From: Xylographa opegraphella
Lineage: Eukaryota
Assembly: GCA_022813865.1 (NCBI GenBank)
Contig: JALDZX010000007.1
Location: 558,001-622,000, forward strand
Direction of reading: 5' to 3'
Length of the DNA stretch: 64,000 nucleotides
Shown: piece by piece, positions 12,346 to 25,156 of the stretch
Layout: each line of letters starts with the position of its first letter
How positions within the stretch are numbered: the stretch's first letter is position 1
Translations under genes and position numbers: made by a program
Notes under the pieces: model-generated
What the model was told of the DNA's origin: nothing
Database searches by the model: none
Seen by the model: only the letters and a program-made list of their open reading frames with translations

Positions 12346-13339
12346 ATGAGCGAGACAAGTACTATTCCGGTGGCATCCCCACCGTGGACCCTCAAAGCTA
12401 CTGTTTATATGTTTGCTTTTCACGTTCCATCTAAGCAGCCACTTCCGGCTTTCGCATATTCTCCTCTGGAGTCACAAAGTGCCTTTTCCAGCTCCAGCAA
12501 GTTCTGCGGTGGACTGGGGTCTGTCCAGGTGATTCGGTACACCGAGTCACCCGTTGGCCCGTACGATGAGATGCTACTGGTACCAGGGAATTTCGAGTAT
12601 GAGGCCAGTGAAGGCGGAAAAGTGGCAAGAAAACGCAATCTTCAAGTCTCAAGGATTTACGTCAGTCAAAAGCTCACCTGTTACAATGGAAGAATAAGTC
12701 AGTTGCCTGTTTGATATGATCGTCTTGTCGTCCTTTGTTACTCCTTTTTTTGGCATTCAACTGCTAAGATCCTCCTGAGATTGGAATATTCCGAAGCATC
12801 TCGCACGCTTCTCGTTCACCTCCCAGTCTCCAGGAACAGTGAAGGTCGAAGTATTCCCAAATGATACCACCGGTGATAGCACAGAATCGACGGCCAGCGC
12901 GAGACCCTTCTTTACTGGCATCTACTCTCCCGTTTCGTACATACCACGCTTCCCCTTTTCTACGCGAATCGCAGGATTCCTCGGAATCGACTTCAATCTA
13001 GTGCAGCCACCACTTCCGGAGGGGAATGCGAAAGGCGGTGAACTGCCAGGAACGACCAAATGGTGCAGGATTCTACCGCTCGAATATTCTAATAAGACAA
13101 GTATGACTTGGGTTGATCTTAAACAGACGCCCAAAAACGACAAGCTGGCCTCGCCCAAACCGCAGCAAGGGGATGCCATGGCTACTACGGAGGATCTCGA
13201 TGGTGTAGGTCTCGCCAGCCCAGCTGATGGCGTCTACAGTGATTTCGAGAATTGGTGGCCCGGCCTAGGGAGGTGGCAAATTGGTCTGAAACTGGAGGAC
13301 GCCACTGTTGAGTTTGGGGAGGGGACACACTGGGACTAG
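12346..13339 (+). CDS. Acetoacetate decarboxylase-like (ADC superfamily) protein
   Basis: PPWTLKA..., VIRYTESPVGPYDEML, RIYVSQK..CYNGRI|NWNIPKHLARF. Intron 12698-12779. Confidence 0.8.
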
Positions 13340-14070
13340 TCACTCCTTACGATAATCTGAGACGAAGATTGGACATTGACGTCGGGTTGTGATGTAGTCA
13401 CCAGTTTTGTTTATTGGACGCAAGTATCTTACGGCGCAGGACATGAATTCCATTAAAAGACATGTCTTTCACAGGGTCATCGCCGATTAGGAGTAGTGGT
13501 CGTGATAAGTGATAATGATAGCAACGCACTTTAGGATTTGGACTATTGGAGCCTCTACTGTACTTCGTACTTTAACCTACTTTCAGCTGGCCCGTGCCTC
13601 TAACCACCCCCCCTGATTCGGGACGTGACATCTTTATTTAGTGGATCTTAGCTGGAGGAGCTAGCGCTACTCCAGGGGATCTCCCCTAAAGCTACAAGTC
13701 GAGCCAGCCAAATCTCCACCCCAATCACTTGTCATGGCTAGAACGGGATCTGTGACTATCGCTCTCCACACCGATCATGAACGTTCATTGAACAACATAC
13801 TGAGAATTATGGTCACTCTCGTCTCTGTATGCGAACCTCTTTGCTTCAACGTTTTCTGAACGGTTAGGCCCTACTTGGAGTGGGTCATCCACATTGCATT
13901 TTACTACTAATCGTTTGCTTGAGTCTTTTTCCTCTGGAATGAATTCATATTTACTGAAATGTCTGAAGTGAAATAACGTATGAATGACCATATTGGAGAT
14001 GCGGTTTAAATAGCCTTGTGCGTCCACTCTAGCTTAACGACCTGGCGGTGCGGAGGTGTCAGATCAACTC

Positions 14071-17000
14071 ATGGAGGCTCAAGTGGCCACATTCCGTAAG
14101 GTGACCGAATCCTCCAGGAACACCTATGACTCGTATACTAAGCGGCTCAACAGCTTAAACCAGCTTGCGTGGCTGTCAATCAAGTTGTACTCAAGTACAA
14201 AGCGCGGAATACTACCGCTAAAGAGGTGAATGCGGCACTTGAGAGCCTCTACCAAGTTTTGCAAAGCTCATATGCTCTGGACGCCAAACTAGCGGACTAT
14301 GTCTTCTTTCCACTTTCCTTCGTCTTTCGAGACACCAAAAGCATTCCAGCTAGAGCTGTCGAGCTCTCGTTGAACTGTCTGAAGGTTCTCATCACTCGAG
14401 GATGGCGCCAGGAATTGAACGTCGAGGTGTGCAAACAGTTGTTGATCTTGTTTGGGATCCTATCTGGAGGAGACGACGTGAACGGACGCGGTCAAGATGC
14501 CGATGAAGGCATGACGCTTGCTGCTTTGGAGTGCATCAATAGTCTTTGTCTCTCCGCCAAAGATGCGGTGTCCAAGCTTGCCGTGTCGTCAGAAGCTGAA
14601 AGTACTCCAGTCATTGGCCATGTTGTGGGCATCGTCCTTGCTTCACTTACAGGGAGTTCTTCGGTAGATGTCCAAATAATGGCAATAGAGGCACTGAATG
14701 CGTTGGAGGATTGCCTATCAGATCAGCGAGTGCTTCGAAGTTTCCTTCCTGGCGTGGTTTCCAGCCTCACCAAAGTTCTGAAACCCAGTACAAAGACTCG
14801 ACCGCCTTACAAGGTTCTTGCTGGCGCCTTACGTGGCATGACTACAGTACTAGAGAAAACCTTGAGTGGCCGCTTGTCTTCCGGCACCAGATCTAAAGGC
14901 CGCAACGAGGGTGATGCCAAAGATAGGGAGGAAACCGAAGAGGAGAGCTGGATTGCAGCGACTTCTGGCCAGATAAAGCTAGCTCTTGCAAATATTGTGG
15001 GTCTAAGGCATCATGAGCGACCGGAAGTTCGCGATGCTCTCTTTTCTCTCTGTACGATGGTTCTGGAAAACTGTAAAAAGTCTCTACAAAACTGCACAGA
15101 ACTCCTACTTGAGACGGTAGTCTGCATATGCGTCGAAGAGTCTAACAACTCATCAACAAAGCAATATGAGCCAGCCGTGGCAAGACTGATTCTCTCAGAA
15201 GCCTTCCTATCTGATACATTGATGACACTCACATACGATTGGATATCTGCCTTACCAAGGGTTCTGCAGTCTGCGAACGACATAAAACGGGCGAGGCATG
15301 TTGGACAAATCATCACGGCCTATAGGATACTCGCTCGAACGGACAAAGAATTGAAAATGTTAGAAAGCTCGTTGGCATCAAACTTGCAAGAGTGTACTAT
15401 TGCTATTATGAGGCAACCGCCACGACCCACTATTCAAGCAGTGGAGAATAGCCAACTTTTCGACGTGTCTCAAGCGCTCGAGGCGCCTTCAACATCCATG
15501 GCTCTGTACCAATTCAATTCAATTGCAATGACCGGTAGCGGCCCCAGAGGTTCACTCACAGATGTTTTAAGCCTGGTAGACGGCTTCGAACTAACCGTGG
15601 CGACAACAGCAATGAAAAAGAGACTTGCAGACACCCTCACTGAGTCTGCAGATAATGAAGCATTACCATACCTCTGGCTTTCTTCAAAGCTGTTACAAAA
15701 CTCACTAAAGGACATGACCGAAATGGACGACTACATAAATCTCTCCGCCAACGTGGACGAGACCACACGAAACTTCATGGAAGTTGTATACTCATACAGC
15801 ATCAACCTGCTCTCTGCACCAGCCATAGATGACGATTCGGACTGGCGACTACAAGCCGTCGCACTCGAGATCTTCGCCTGGCAGTCCTGCCATGACAAAC
15901 ACAGCTTCCGAGCAGAGCTAGTCGACGTTCTCTACCCCATCCTCGAACGCATCGGCTCCAATAACACCCTGCTCCGAGAACACGCAATGACCTGCCTCAA
16001 CATCGTCTACCGCTCCTGCGGCTACGCCAGCGCCAGCGACCTCATCATTCAGAACGCCGACTACCTGGTCAATTCCGTGGCGCTGAAATTCAACACTTTC
16101 GAGATCAGCCCACAGGCGCCGCAGGTCCTGACCATGATGCTCAAATTGTGCGGGCCGCGCTTGGTGCCTTACCTCGACGATGTCGTCGAGTCCGTCTTCT
16201 CGGCGCTTTCCCGTTTCCACGGGTACACACGTCTGGCAGAGTCTCTGTTCGGATTTCTGCGCACCGTCGTCGAAGTCGGCAGCAGTGCGAGCTCATCTCG
16301 GGCAATCGAGCAACCTGCGGTCGACCATCGCAAAATCAGCCGACCTCAGCCGACTATCGCCGAGGTAGTAACGTTAGTACAAGCGCGAAGGTCCCGCATC
16401 GAAGCCTCCAAAAGTGCACCCATCGCCCCCGGCCCTGCGCCACACATCCCGTGGACGGACGTCCCATCACCCACAGAAGACGACGAACCCCCGGAACCCG
16501 AACCCACTCTCCCTCCCGCAGCTCTCGACAAAACCTACCTGATGACGCAATCCATCCTCCGCCTCGGCCAACACTACCTCACCTCCCCCTCCCCCACGCT
16601 CCGCCTCTGGCTCCTACAGCTCACCAGCACCGGCTGCGCCTCCCTCGCCCACAACGAAGACGCCTTCCTCCCCCTCATCAACGACATCTGGCCCGTCGTC
16701 ACCCAGCGACTGCACGACCCAGAACCCTACATCCGTATCGCCGCTACCGAGACCCTCAGCACCATCTTCCGCACCGCCGGCGACTTCGTCGCCTCGCGCG
16801 TTGACACCGAGTGGCCTGACCTCCGCGCTCTGTGCACACGCACGCGCGCGCAAGTGGCAGCGGCGAAGTCGGGCAAGGCCGGCCGCGGCGCCTTTGCGGC
16901 GCCGGCGCAGTTGTGGGACGCCCTCGTCGCCATGCTGGTGCAGATGGTGGATCACGTCAGTGTGCAGCCGGGCGTGGAGGATGAGTTGATGGAGCTGCTG

Positions 17001-17165
17001 GGGCCGCTGGTGAGGGGGAGGGCGGATGTGCGCGATGCGCTGGAGAGGCTGAATCCGGATGCGGTGTGGTTGCTGCTGCTGCGGGAGGATGTGCGGAGTG
17101 GGAAGGCGCTGGACTTGGAACCGCCGCAGGTGGAGGGCTTTACTTTTACGAAGGTGGTGTTGTGA
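14071..17165 (+). CDS. TTI1: TEL2-interacting protein 1 (TTT complex HEAT-repeat protein)
   Basis: MEAQVATFRK|LKPACV..., LADYVFFPLS, FLPGVVSSLTKVL, IIQNADYLVNSVALKF, FLPLINDIWP. About 1010 aa; intron 14101-14153. Confidence 0.85.
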
Positions 17166-17639
17166 GTAAGTGTTGTGGGTTTGGTGGTGGGATATGTGCT
17201 TTGTAGTGCCTGGATGTACAATGCGTGGCTGCAAGGGCTAGGACAATAAATATAGGTAAGAGGAGACTTAATTGTGGATCGTTCACAGGAGAAGCGGCTC
17301 AGGATATCCAGCATGTAATGGTAGTCTGTGACTTTCTGGACTGGAAGACTACCTGTGCAAAAAGCATCACAAATGTGTCATCAAGTAAATCACCTAATAC
17401 CAGGAGTTCCTAGCAGAGTGGAAAGATTTTCAATTTAGTCGACTGCAGGAGCAAGATAAACCTCTAATGTGTAATGCCGTGGTGCAGAACTTGAGACAGA
17501 GTGGAGAATACAAGCAGGGACAGAACAAGCATAGTACTCAAATGAGCATAGCATGAGCAGAGTTAAGCCGAGTAATGCTAAACCATCCAGAAATGCCTAT
17601 TGCACCCTACCAATGTAGGGTATGCAGAGGGCGCACGGA

Positions 17640-19067
17640 TCACTCGTCATCGTCCTCATCTTCGTCTTCCTCCTCGGCAGCGTCAAGCCAAGTGAGGAAT
17701 GGTTCGGCAGATTTGCGGACTTTCTTGCTCGTCGCGAGATCGACGTATTTCTTGCTGGCCTTTGAACCCCAATTCTTGCAGACGGGCTCGGAGATGAGGT
17801 CTTCTTGGTAGAAGGCAAGTAGAATCGCTGGCACTTGAGAGATCAGCTTGGGATGTTCTTTGCCCACAAAGCGCTCGACACCGCCGAGGAGAGCTTTCTC
17901 ATGCTTCTCTGACGTGATCATCTTTTGAAAGATCAGTATCGCGTTCCATACAAGTGTGAATGAACTAACCTTTTTGAGCATACTGGCGCGCTTAGGAATC
18001 TGGGCGACCATGTTGTCATCGAAAATAGTTTGGGCAAGCACGGTCAGAGTCTTGTACTTGGCCTCAATCCCAAGTTCTTTGGCCTTGACATAAATGTCAA
18101 CATCCTCAAGCTCGCCAACGCCACCGTCCTTTTGCTCTGCCGTGGTCACGACCCAGCTTCCAAGTTGATCATAGGCGCTGTTTCCACCTCCTTCGCCTTC
18201 ATCATCGTCATCGTCAAAGACAAGTTTTTGCTTGAGATCATCCGGGAGTCCTTCAGCGCGGGCCTTGACAGCTTCCGCAGAGACATCGACTGCCCACTCA
18301 TCATCCTTGACTTCAGTTGGCTGATCAAGATCCTTGGCGTCGGAGTTGATACGACGGGTCAGTTCGTCGTCGCTTCCAGCTTCGATGCCTAATTCTCCAT
18401 CATCTTCGTCGGCATTGTCGGAGTTGCTTCCACCAGAACCTGTGTGACCGTTCCCGTTTGTTTCAGTGTCCCCGTTCTCCTTGGCCTTGGCTCTACGCGC
18501 TTTCTTATCGGCTTTATCTTTCTTGCTCTTCTTCGGCTGGTTCTTCAGGATGAAAGAACTCAGCTTCAAACGCAAGTCAACGTCAGAGCGCTGACCGCAA
18601 GCTTTGCAGTCAAGCAGGATTCGCCCATCTTTAATGTGAACATCCGTCTCGGGGTTCTTGCATTTCTTGCAGAGAACGAATTTGCTGATAAAGCCGTCGA
18701 GGTAGTCTTGTAATTTGGAAGCCTCATGGGCACCATTGATGATCCAGCGATCATCGGCAGGGTTGGTATTGGTCTGCGCTCCAAGTTCGAACCCGAAGTA
18801 CTTGATCACGTCTATGGATTGTTAGGCAGAACAAGTGCAGTACTATTAAAGACGACTCACACGAAGGCGGACGGGCCAAAGATGCCGCAACACTGCTCAG
18901 ATTGACTATCACGGTTTTGATACCGTTTCCCTTGCCTTCGATCTTGGACTGGAGACGCTCCATTTTGTAACGGTAGAAGGGGTCGGCGACATCCTAAATC
19001 ATGTTAGCATCATGTCCATTCCCAAGGTAGGAACAGAGCATACCCGACGAATATTGAGATTAGCCAT
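17640..19067 (-). CDS. TIF5: Eukaryotic translation initiation factor 5
   Basis: [36 protein letters not shown], zinc ribbon CKKC...CKAC, and a W2 domain ending [22 protein letters not shown]. 3 introns. Confidence 0.97.
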
Positions 19068-19091
19068 GATTGCGAGAAATGCGTGGTATTT

Positions 19092-19157
19092 TCAAAGATG
19101 CAAAGAACTGAACTTTTGGGACGAGGTAGAAACACTGGTGGATCCTAACATAGACAT
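19092..19157 (-). promoter_or_regulatory. uORF with two poor-context uAUGs in the eIF5 5' leader
   Basis: Minus strand TGT-ATG-T (19157) and TCT-ATG-T (19151) open MSMLGSTSVSTSSQKFSSLHL*, which ends 24 nt before the main ATC-ATG-G. A third TTT-ATG-T lies at 19328. Confidence 0.6.
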
Positions 19158-20176
19158 ACACAAGTATGAAAGTTTTCGCACAGACGAACGGGTTGGAACA
19201 AATACAAAATGGATGCGGCTTATGGATTAGCCACCGTTGGATCCCTCCAAGGCTCTACAAGGTTTCCGCGGTATACGAAAAGATTCCAGCGTGAGCGGCG
19301 GATGGTGTCTGAAGCGGGGATAATACATAAAAAGCAGTGGTTGCTGACTGCTGATGCTTTGCTGGGCGGTTGCTGCTGAGGACCTGCGTGATCGGGGCGC
19401 TGATGAGAGCGAGTACGGAGTGGTATGGAGGGCGTACAGCCTTCCGGTGATGAGTGGGCAAGTGTTTTGTATACGTTCACAGCCGAGGTAATGGACAAAG
19501 GACAAAGGACAAAGAATTTTCGTTGATGATGTGGTGGAGCAAATTGGGGCCAGCAAGCTTAGTGCTCTTTGAGTCTAGATGACCGACTATTATTAAGGCA
19601 GCGTCTCCGTGCTCCGGCGGAATCGTGTATATGTCCGCACGCTTAAATTACCCGTAGGACTGATGCGTAGATGCTCTTATCTCCGGTCGTATAGCCGGCA
19701 GCACACGTGACATCGCACGTGGAGGTTTTCCTCAACCGCGGCAAGAGAGCAGCCACCTGCACGACATATCCCGAGCCGCTGAGCTCGACAGGCCTGTCGT
19801 GGAGGACATGATAGGTTGTGGCTAGCCAAACTATCTTTGTCCGCTGTCTTTGTATATATAAACCAGTGCTTGTGGATGACCCGGCCCTGGTGCAGGTTCG
19901 AATGGCGAAATGTGCTGTTTTGAAGATGAGATCATGGGTATTTGCCCGATATATAACGTCAAGTCCTGAACAACATTTCACAATTTCCTTATTTATTTCC
20001 CATAAATTGCTGTAACACTTCATTTGCACTATAAGCAGGAGCTTTGAGCACTCTTTCGCAACATAACAGACTAAAAGGTTGGATCGACCATTATAGCATA
20101 TTTCCCCATCATCGGCGCGGACATCAGTTCGAGTGTTTTCCTCCAGTCTTAGTAGCTGTCCTCTCAACCTAGCAAG

Positions 20177-21952
20177 ATGTCGGTCAATTACTCTCTTTAT
20201 CTTGTCACCGATTCGACTGATGGAATCCTGGGTCAGAGGAACCTGGTGAAGGTGGTCGAAGAAGCACTCCAAGGAGGTAATCTAGCTGTACGTTTTCTAT
20301 GGACGAATGTATGGTTTGACAATCATAGGTGTTACCATCGTCCAATATCGCGACAAGACAAGCGATACGGCTGACTTGATTCGTACTGCGAACCTGTTGC
20401 ATGCCGTGACACAGAAGCATGGCGTGCCACTTCTCATAAATGACAGGGTTGACGTAGCTCTCGCAGTTGACGCCGAAGGCGTTCACATTGGTCAGGATGA
20501 CATGGGTATAGGTTCACGAACACATAGGGTGACATTTATAGCTGATTCTAATCATAGACCTTGCTACTGCTCGGAAGCTACTCGGGCCCAGCGCCATCAT
20601 TGGTGTAACATGCTCTAGCGTTGGTGAAGCCCATGCAGCGACTTTGGGTGGTGCGAACTACTTGGGTATCGGAACCATGTTTGCGACTCCAACGTAGGTA
20701 CGTCCGTAGCCTATATGAATAGCTTTCTAATATCATCCAGGAAGCAGAACACAAAATCAATCATCGGGACCGCAGGCACCCGAATGATCTTGGAGCACCT
20801 AGCCGCTATAACTGAGCTACCTCACCGTGTATCAACGGTTGCTATCGGTGGCATCAACGCCTCTAATGTGCAGCGCGTGATGTACCAGTCCAAGTCAACC
20901 TTCAGAGGATTGGATGGCGTAGCTGTCGTCAGCGCCATAATTGCTGCACAAAGTCCAAAGGATGCCGCAGCTCACTTGCTTGAACTCATCAAAAGCCCAC
21001 CGCCATTTGTAGGCCCACTTACCAAGAAGGTTAAAGCTCGGACAGCAGAAGATATGATCCGCAATGTCCAGAATGTAGTCAAGCAGGTTGGCATAGTGGT
21101 GCCAGTATGCCACAACATGACCAACACTGTGGTGCAGAATTTCGCAGCAAACGTTGCAGTGGCCATGTAAGAGCTTCCACAAACTGCTTCGTATAGAAGG
21201 TATCTAACTCTGGTAATAGTGGTGCAAGCCCGTGCATGGCGAATGACGCAGCAGAGGCTGGAGATCTTGCTAAGCTGGGGGGTGGTCTCGTTGTAAACAT
21301 GGGTACTCCTACGTTGGACGGTGTGTCGAACTACATCCAGGCTGTTCAAGCATACAACAGTTGCGGTGGTCCAGTTTTACTTGACCCTGTCGGAGCGGGC
21401 GGCTCGGGTCTTCGTCGAGAAGCCGTCAAGAGGCTGATGGCCGGGGGCTACTTCGATGTCATCAAAGGCAATGAGTTTGAGATCGGAGTAGTGTGGGGGT
21501 TCTCAAAGTCTCAACAGAGAGGTGTCGACAGTGGAAAGAGTGACACAACGTTGATTGAAAAGGCTCGTATAGTCAAGAAACTTGCAGCAAGGGAGCGGAA
21601 TGTGGTGATCATGACCGGAGCGGTGGATGTCATCAGTGATGGAGACAGGACCTTCCTTGTCCGCAACGGTCCCAAAATGCTAAGTCAGATCACCGGAAGC
21701 GGGTGCACATTGGGTACGACTGTTGCAGCGTTCGTGGCTGTGGAGAAGGAAGACAAGTTGCTCGCAGCGCTGGCTGGGATGCTCCTGTTCGAGATCGCCG
21801 CGGAGGTGGCAGCAGTACGACCGGATGTCAAGGGGCCTGGCACATTTATCCCTGCCTTTATCGACGCTCTGACCAGCATTGCGGATCAAGCGCACGTGGA
21901 TGACTCAAGATGGTTGGGTTCGGCGAAGGTGGAAGCTGTGGATGCTGCTTGA
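20177..21952 (+). CDS. THI6: Bifunctional thiamine-phosphate synthase / hydroxyethylthiazole kinase
   Basis: YSLYLVTDS, VQYRDK, LLINDRVDVALA, GVHIGQDDM, HNMTNTVVQNFAANV, LLDPVGAGG, ITGSGCTLG. 4 introns. Confidence 0.95.
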
Positions 21953-22235
21953 CAGGGCAGCGCAGAAAGGATGGCGATATATTGATATTTGGTTGCACAG
22001 GCTGAGAAGGGAGCAGAGAGTCTCGGTAGATAGCCGCAGATCATGCAGATGTTAAACAAAGCAGGCCTTTGACCCGAGAGTGTGGGGTAGGGCAAGTGAT
22101 TCGGGAGTAACCCCGCTATATTGTCACCAGTAAACCACTTTATATGACGCAAGTAAACACTCTTTTTCTCAACTGCCCACAACGCATTGTCCACAATATC
22201 CCAGAAAAGACCTCTACACACAAACCATCGCGAAC

Positions 22236-23080
22236 ATGGCGACCACGAGACCCAAACGTCGGTTGGGTACGTATCCACTCCACAGCAGCAAGGTGTCTCT
22301 CGATTGACCTCTCCTCCAGCCAGACCATGCCTCCTGTCAGTGTCCTATGCTTCCATCCCGCCCACTGTACTCACCACCCCCCCAAACAGAATCTGCGACA
22401 TCCAGGAAAACTTCCGCAAAGCCATCTGGGAATACCCCAAAGTGTACTTCCATACCCCCCTTCCCCCTCCTTACCAACCCTACAAAAACACCCCCAGGCT
22501 AACCACCACCACAGCATCTCCACCGCCCAAAAAATGATCAAAGCCAGTACGCCCCTCCTCACCTCCCCTCTGACCTATCTCCCGCCAACCCATTCCAACA
22601 GGCCAAATCCTCTCCATGCCCATCTACGCCACGACGCAGAACCGCGCCCGCCTCGGCCCCACCTGCGCCGAACTCCACCTCGACGACACCGCGCACCCGA
22701 CCGTCCACGCCGACAAGACCGCCTTCTCAATGTACATCCCCCCGGTCGCGGACGCGCTCGCGGCGCACGGCGGACCGTGCGAGGCCGTCATCGTCGGCAT
22801 CGAGGCGCACATCTGCGTCACGCAGACGGCGCTGGACCTGCTGGCGCGCGGGCACAAGGTGTACGTGCTGGCGGACGGGGTGAGCAGCTGCAATGCGGAG
22901 GAGGTGCCCATTGCGCTGCGGCGCCTGGCGCGCGAGGGGGCTGTGGTTACGACGAGTGAGAGCTTTTTGTATGAGTGTATGGGCGATGCGGGCGTGGAGG
23001 AGTTTAAGGCTGTGGCGGGGCTGGTGAAGGAGGGGAAGGAGGGGACGAGGGAGGTGTTGCAGACGTTGTGTAAGATGTGA
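22236..23080 (+). CDS. Isochorismatase-family hydrolase (ISOC-like)
   Basis: ICDIQENFRKAI, DKTAFSM, VGIEAHICVTQTALDL, ADGVSSCN. Several micro-exons at the 5' end; C-terminus CKM. Confidence 0.9.
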
Positions 23081-23271
23081 GGAGGGGAGGGGAGGGGAGA
23101 TTCTGGGTGGTGATAGTGGAGAGGTGTGGGTGTATGCCATTTTCGTGTGAATATATTTGGTTGGGTTGATGAGCTGCAGCACATACGGAATTGGAAAAAT
23201 CAAGCGGCATTTTTGTACATTTTATTGCTCGAACTAGGGGTGAAACCCTTCTTTTTTACATGGAAGGCTCG

Positions 23272-25156
23272 TTACTCTGGAGCAGAAGGCTGCTTCTGCT
23301 GCGCAGCGTTCAGCCAGCCAAACGCCGATGCACCGCCGACGGGATTCGCCGACCTCGGCTTGTTCGCCAAAGGGTGAAGCGGCGACTTGGCTTCGTTGGA
23401 GATCGTCCTTGCCGGAGGGCCTGGACGCTGGTGTTCCGACGATTCGCCCGCAGTATGCTGATTGACACGACCACCATTCTCAGATGAGCGGGCAATAGCA
23501 GCATCAGGGCCCGTTGAAGCTTGCGCGACTGATGTCGAGCGGGATGGCGCGGTGGATCTCGCCGGCTTGAGGACCTTCATTCCACGCCCACGACTGGGTC
23601 TTTGGTATCCCGTATTCGACGCAATGCTCGAGAAAGTAGAGTCAGGACGTGCGCTTTGGGCCGAGTCCCGTCTCCAAGAACCCCACGTACTGCTGATCTC
23701 CCCCTTTGTAGGCGTGTCGGGAGTGGCACCATCTGCAATGCTGTCGTAGTCGTTGGTGTGGCTTTCCGACTGCGCAGGGGACTCGCTACGGCCATTTCCC
23801 TGCGTTATCAGCGAGCTTCGACCATCTCCAATGACAGAAGGCTGTTTCGTCGACGCCACGGTCGGCGAGTAGACGGCGCTGGATAATTGATTAGCGTTAA
23901 GAATGACCTGGTCTACTGGCTGCAACCTGGCGGCTCCAGCATCGAACGAAGCAGTATTGTTCCCTCCAAGTCCGTTTGTCACTACTGAGAAAGGGTAAGC
24001 TGTCGTATCTGTGCTTGATCCTCCGCTGGTACTGATAGGCACGCTGCTGATTGTGATTAGATTGTGGAATATTTCAGAATTCTCTGGACGGACCAAAGGC
24101 ACAGCGAGTTTGTTCCTGTCGTCATCGAAGATGGTCAAGCGATCCTGGGAGAAGAGTACGTCTCCATTCCTGGTACGAAGTATATCACTACCCAGGAAGA
24201 TCTTGATCGAGGCATCTTTTTCAGGCATATCTTGAACCAAGAACTCGATGGTCATCGTAGGTAGCTGTGGCGCAGGATTATCAGACCGAGAAGATGCTTG
24301 TTGTATGGTAGCTTCAGCGAGAAAAACCTGGATCTTGATCTTGGCTTCTCCGTTGGCATTCGTGACTTGAGCGCCCAAACCCAAGCTTTGGACCATGCTT
24401 CTAGCGAGAACTGACCTGTAAGAGCCAGTACAAATCGCAGCATATAGGAGAGTGTCATTTGAGAAGTTTGTGTTGAGCCAACAACGGATAATTGAAGGCA
24501 ATGGTCCCAAGTGGAACAAGCCTGGTGGTGGTCCAATCGGGGTCACTGGGGTGTGAGGGGTGTGTCGTCCTTCAAAGGCAAGACTGTTCAATCGCGATAT
24601 TGGATTTGATAGACTCGCAGCACTCTGCCGACCTTCGGATTTGTGCGAAGAGGATCGTTCTGTCATCGGATGACCACCAAGTCCACTGCCTGTCCTCATA
24701 GGGAAGAAATCACTCGAAGAACGTGAGCCATGACCAAAATGTCCATGGAGAGCACTTTCATCGAAGCGTACGCTGTTGGCTCTTGACGCTCCACGCCTCG
24801 GCTCATCTTCCGTATCCAAGTGTAAACTGCCGAGTAAGTTGTTACTCTGATCTTGATCAAAATTCTTAAAGGCCTCTGCAGCAGGGTTATATCCGGGATC
24901 TATATAACTATCAGCAAGACCGTTGATGCTTCGATATGGTAAGCAAATGCCTACCTTGTTGTGGTGTTCCACCTAGAATACTAGGGAATGGTGAAGAGGT
25001 ACCCCATACGGATTTCATTCGGCTATCATCTTCTTGCCGTCGCTCCAAGCGCGCGAGTCGCTCTGAGTGGTCCGATTGTGTTGCATAAACAGATTTCATC
25101 TCGTTCTGCAGTTGCCAGAGATCGTCCCTGGAAGCCAAAGCGAACTGAGAATCCAT
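23272..25156 (-). CDS. Conserved Pezizomycotina hypothetical protein with a central retropepsin-like segment
   Basis: Exon 1 MDSQFALASRDDLWQL...RLARLERRQEDDSRMKSVWG, an intron near 24955-24900, then RANSVRFDESA and LPSIIRCWL...LLYAAICTGS in a long Ser-rich ORF. Confidence 0.8.

Noticed and set aside
3021..13339. Secondary-metabolite cluster (FAD oxidase, hydrolase, TF, ADC-like)
   Set aside because: No backbone synthase in the window, and the genes are interrupted by a housekeeping carrier.
19560..20330. TPP riboswitch near THI6
   Set aside because: No recognisable TPP aptamer core; known fungal TPP riboswitches are in THI4, NMT1 and transporter genes.
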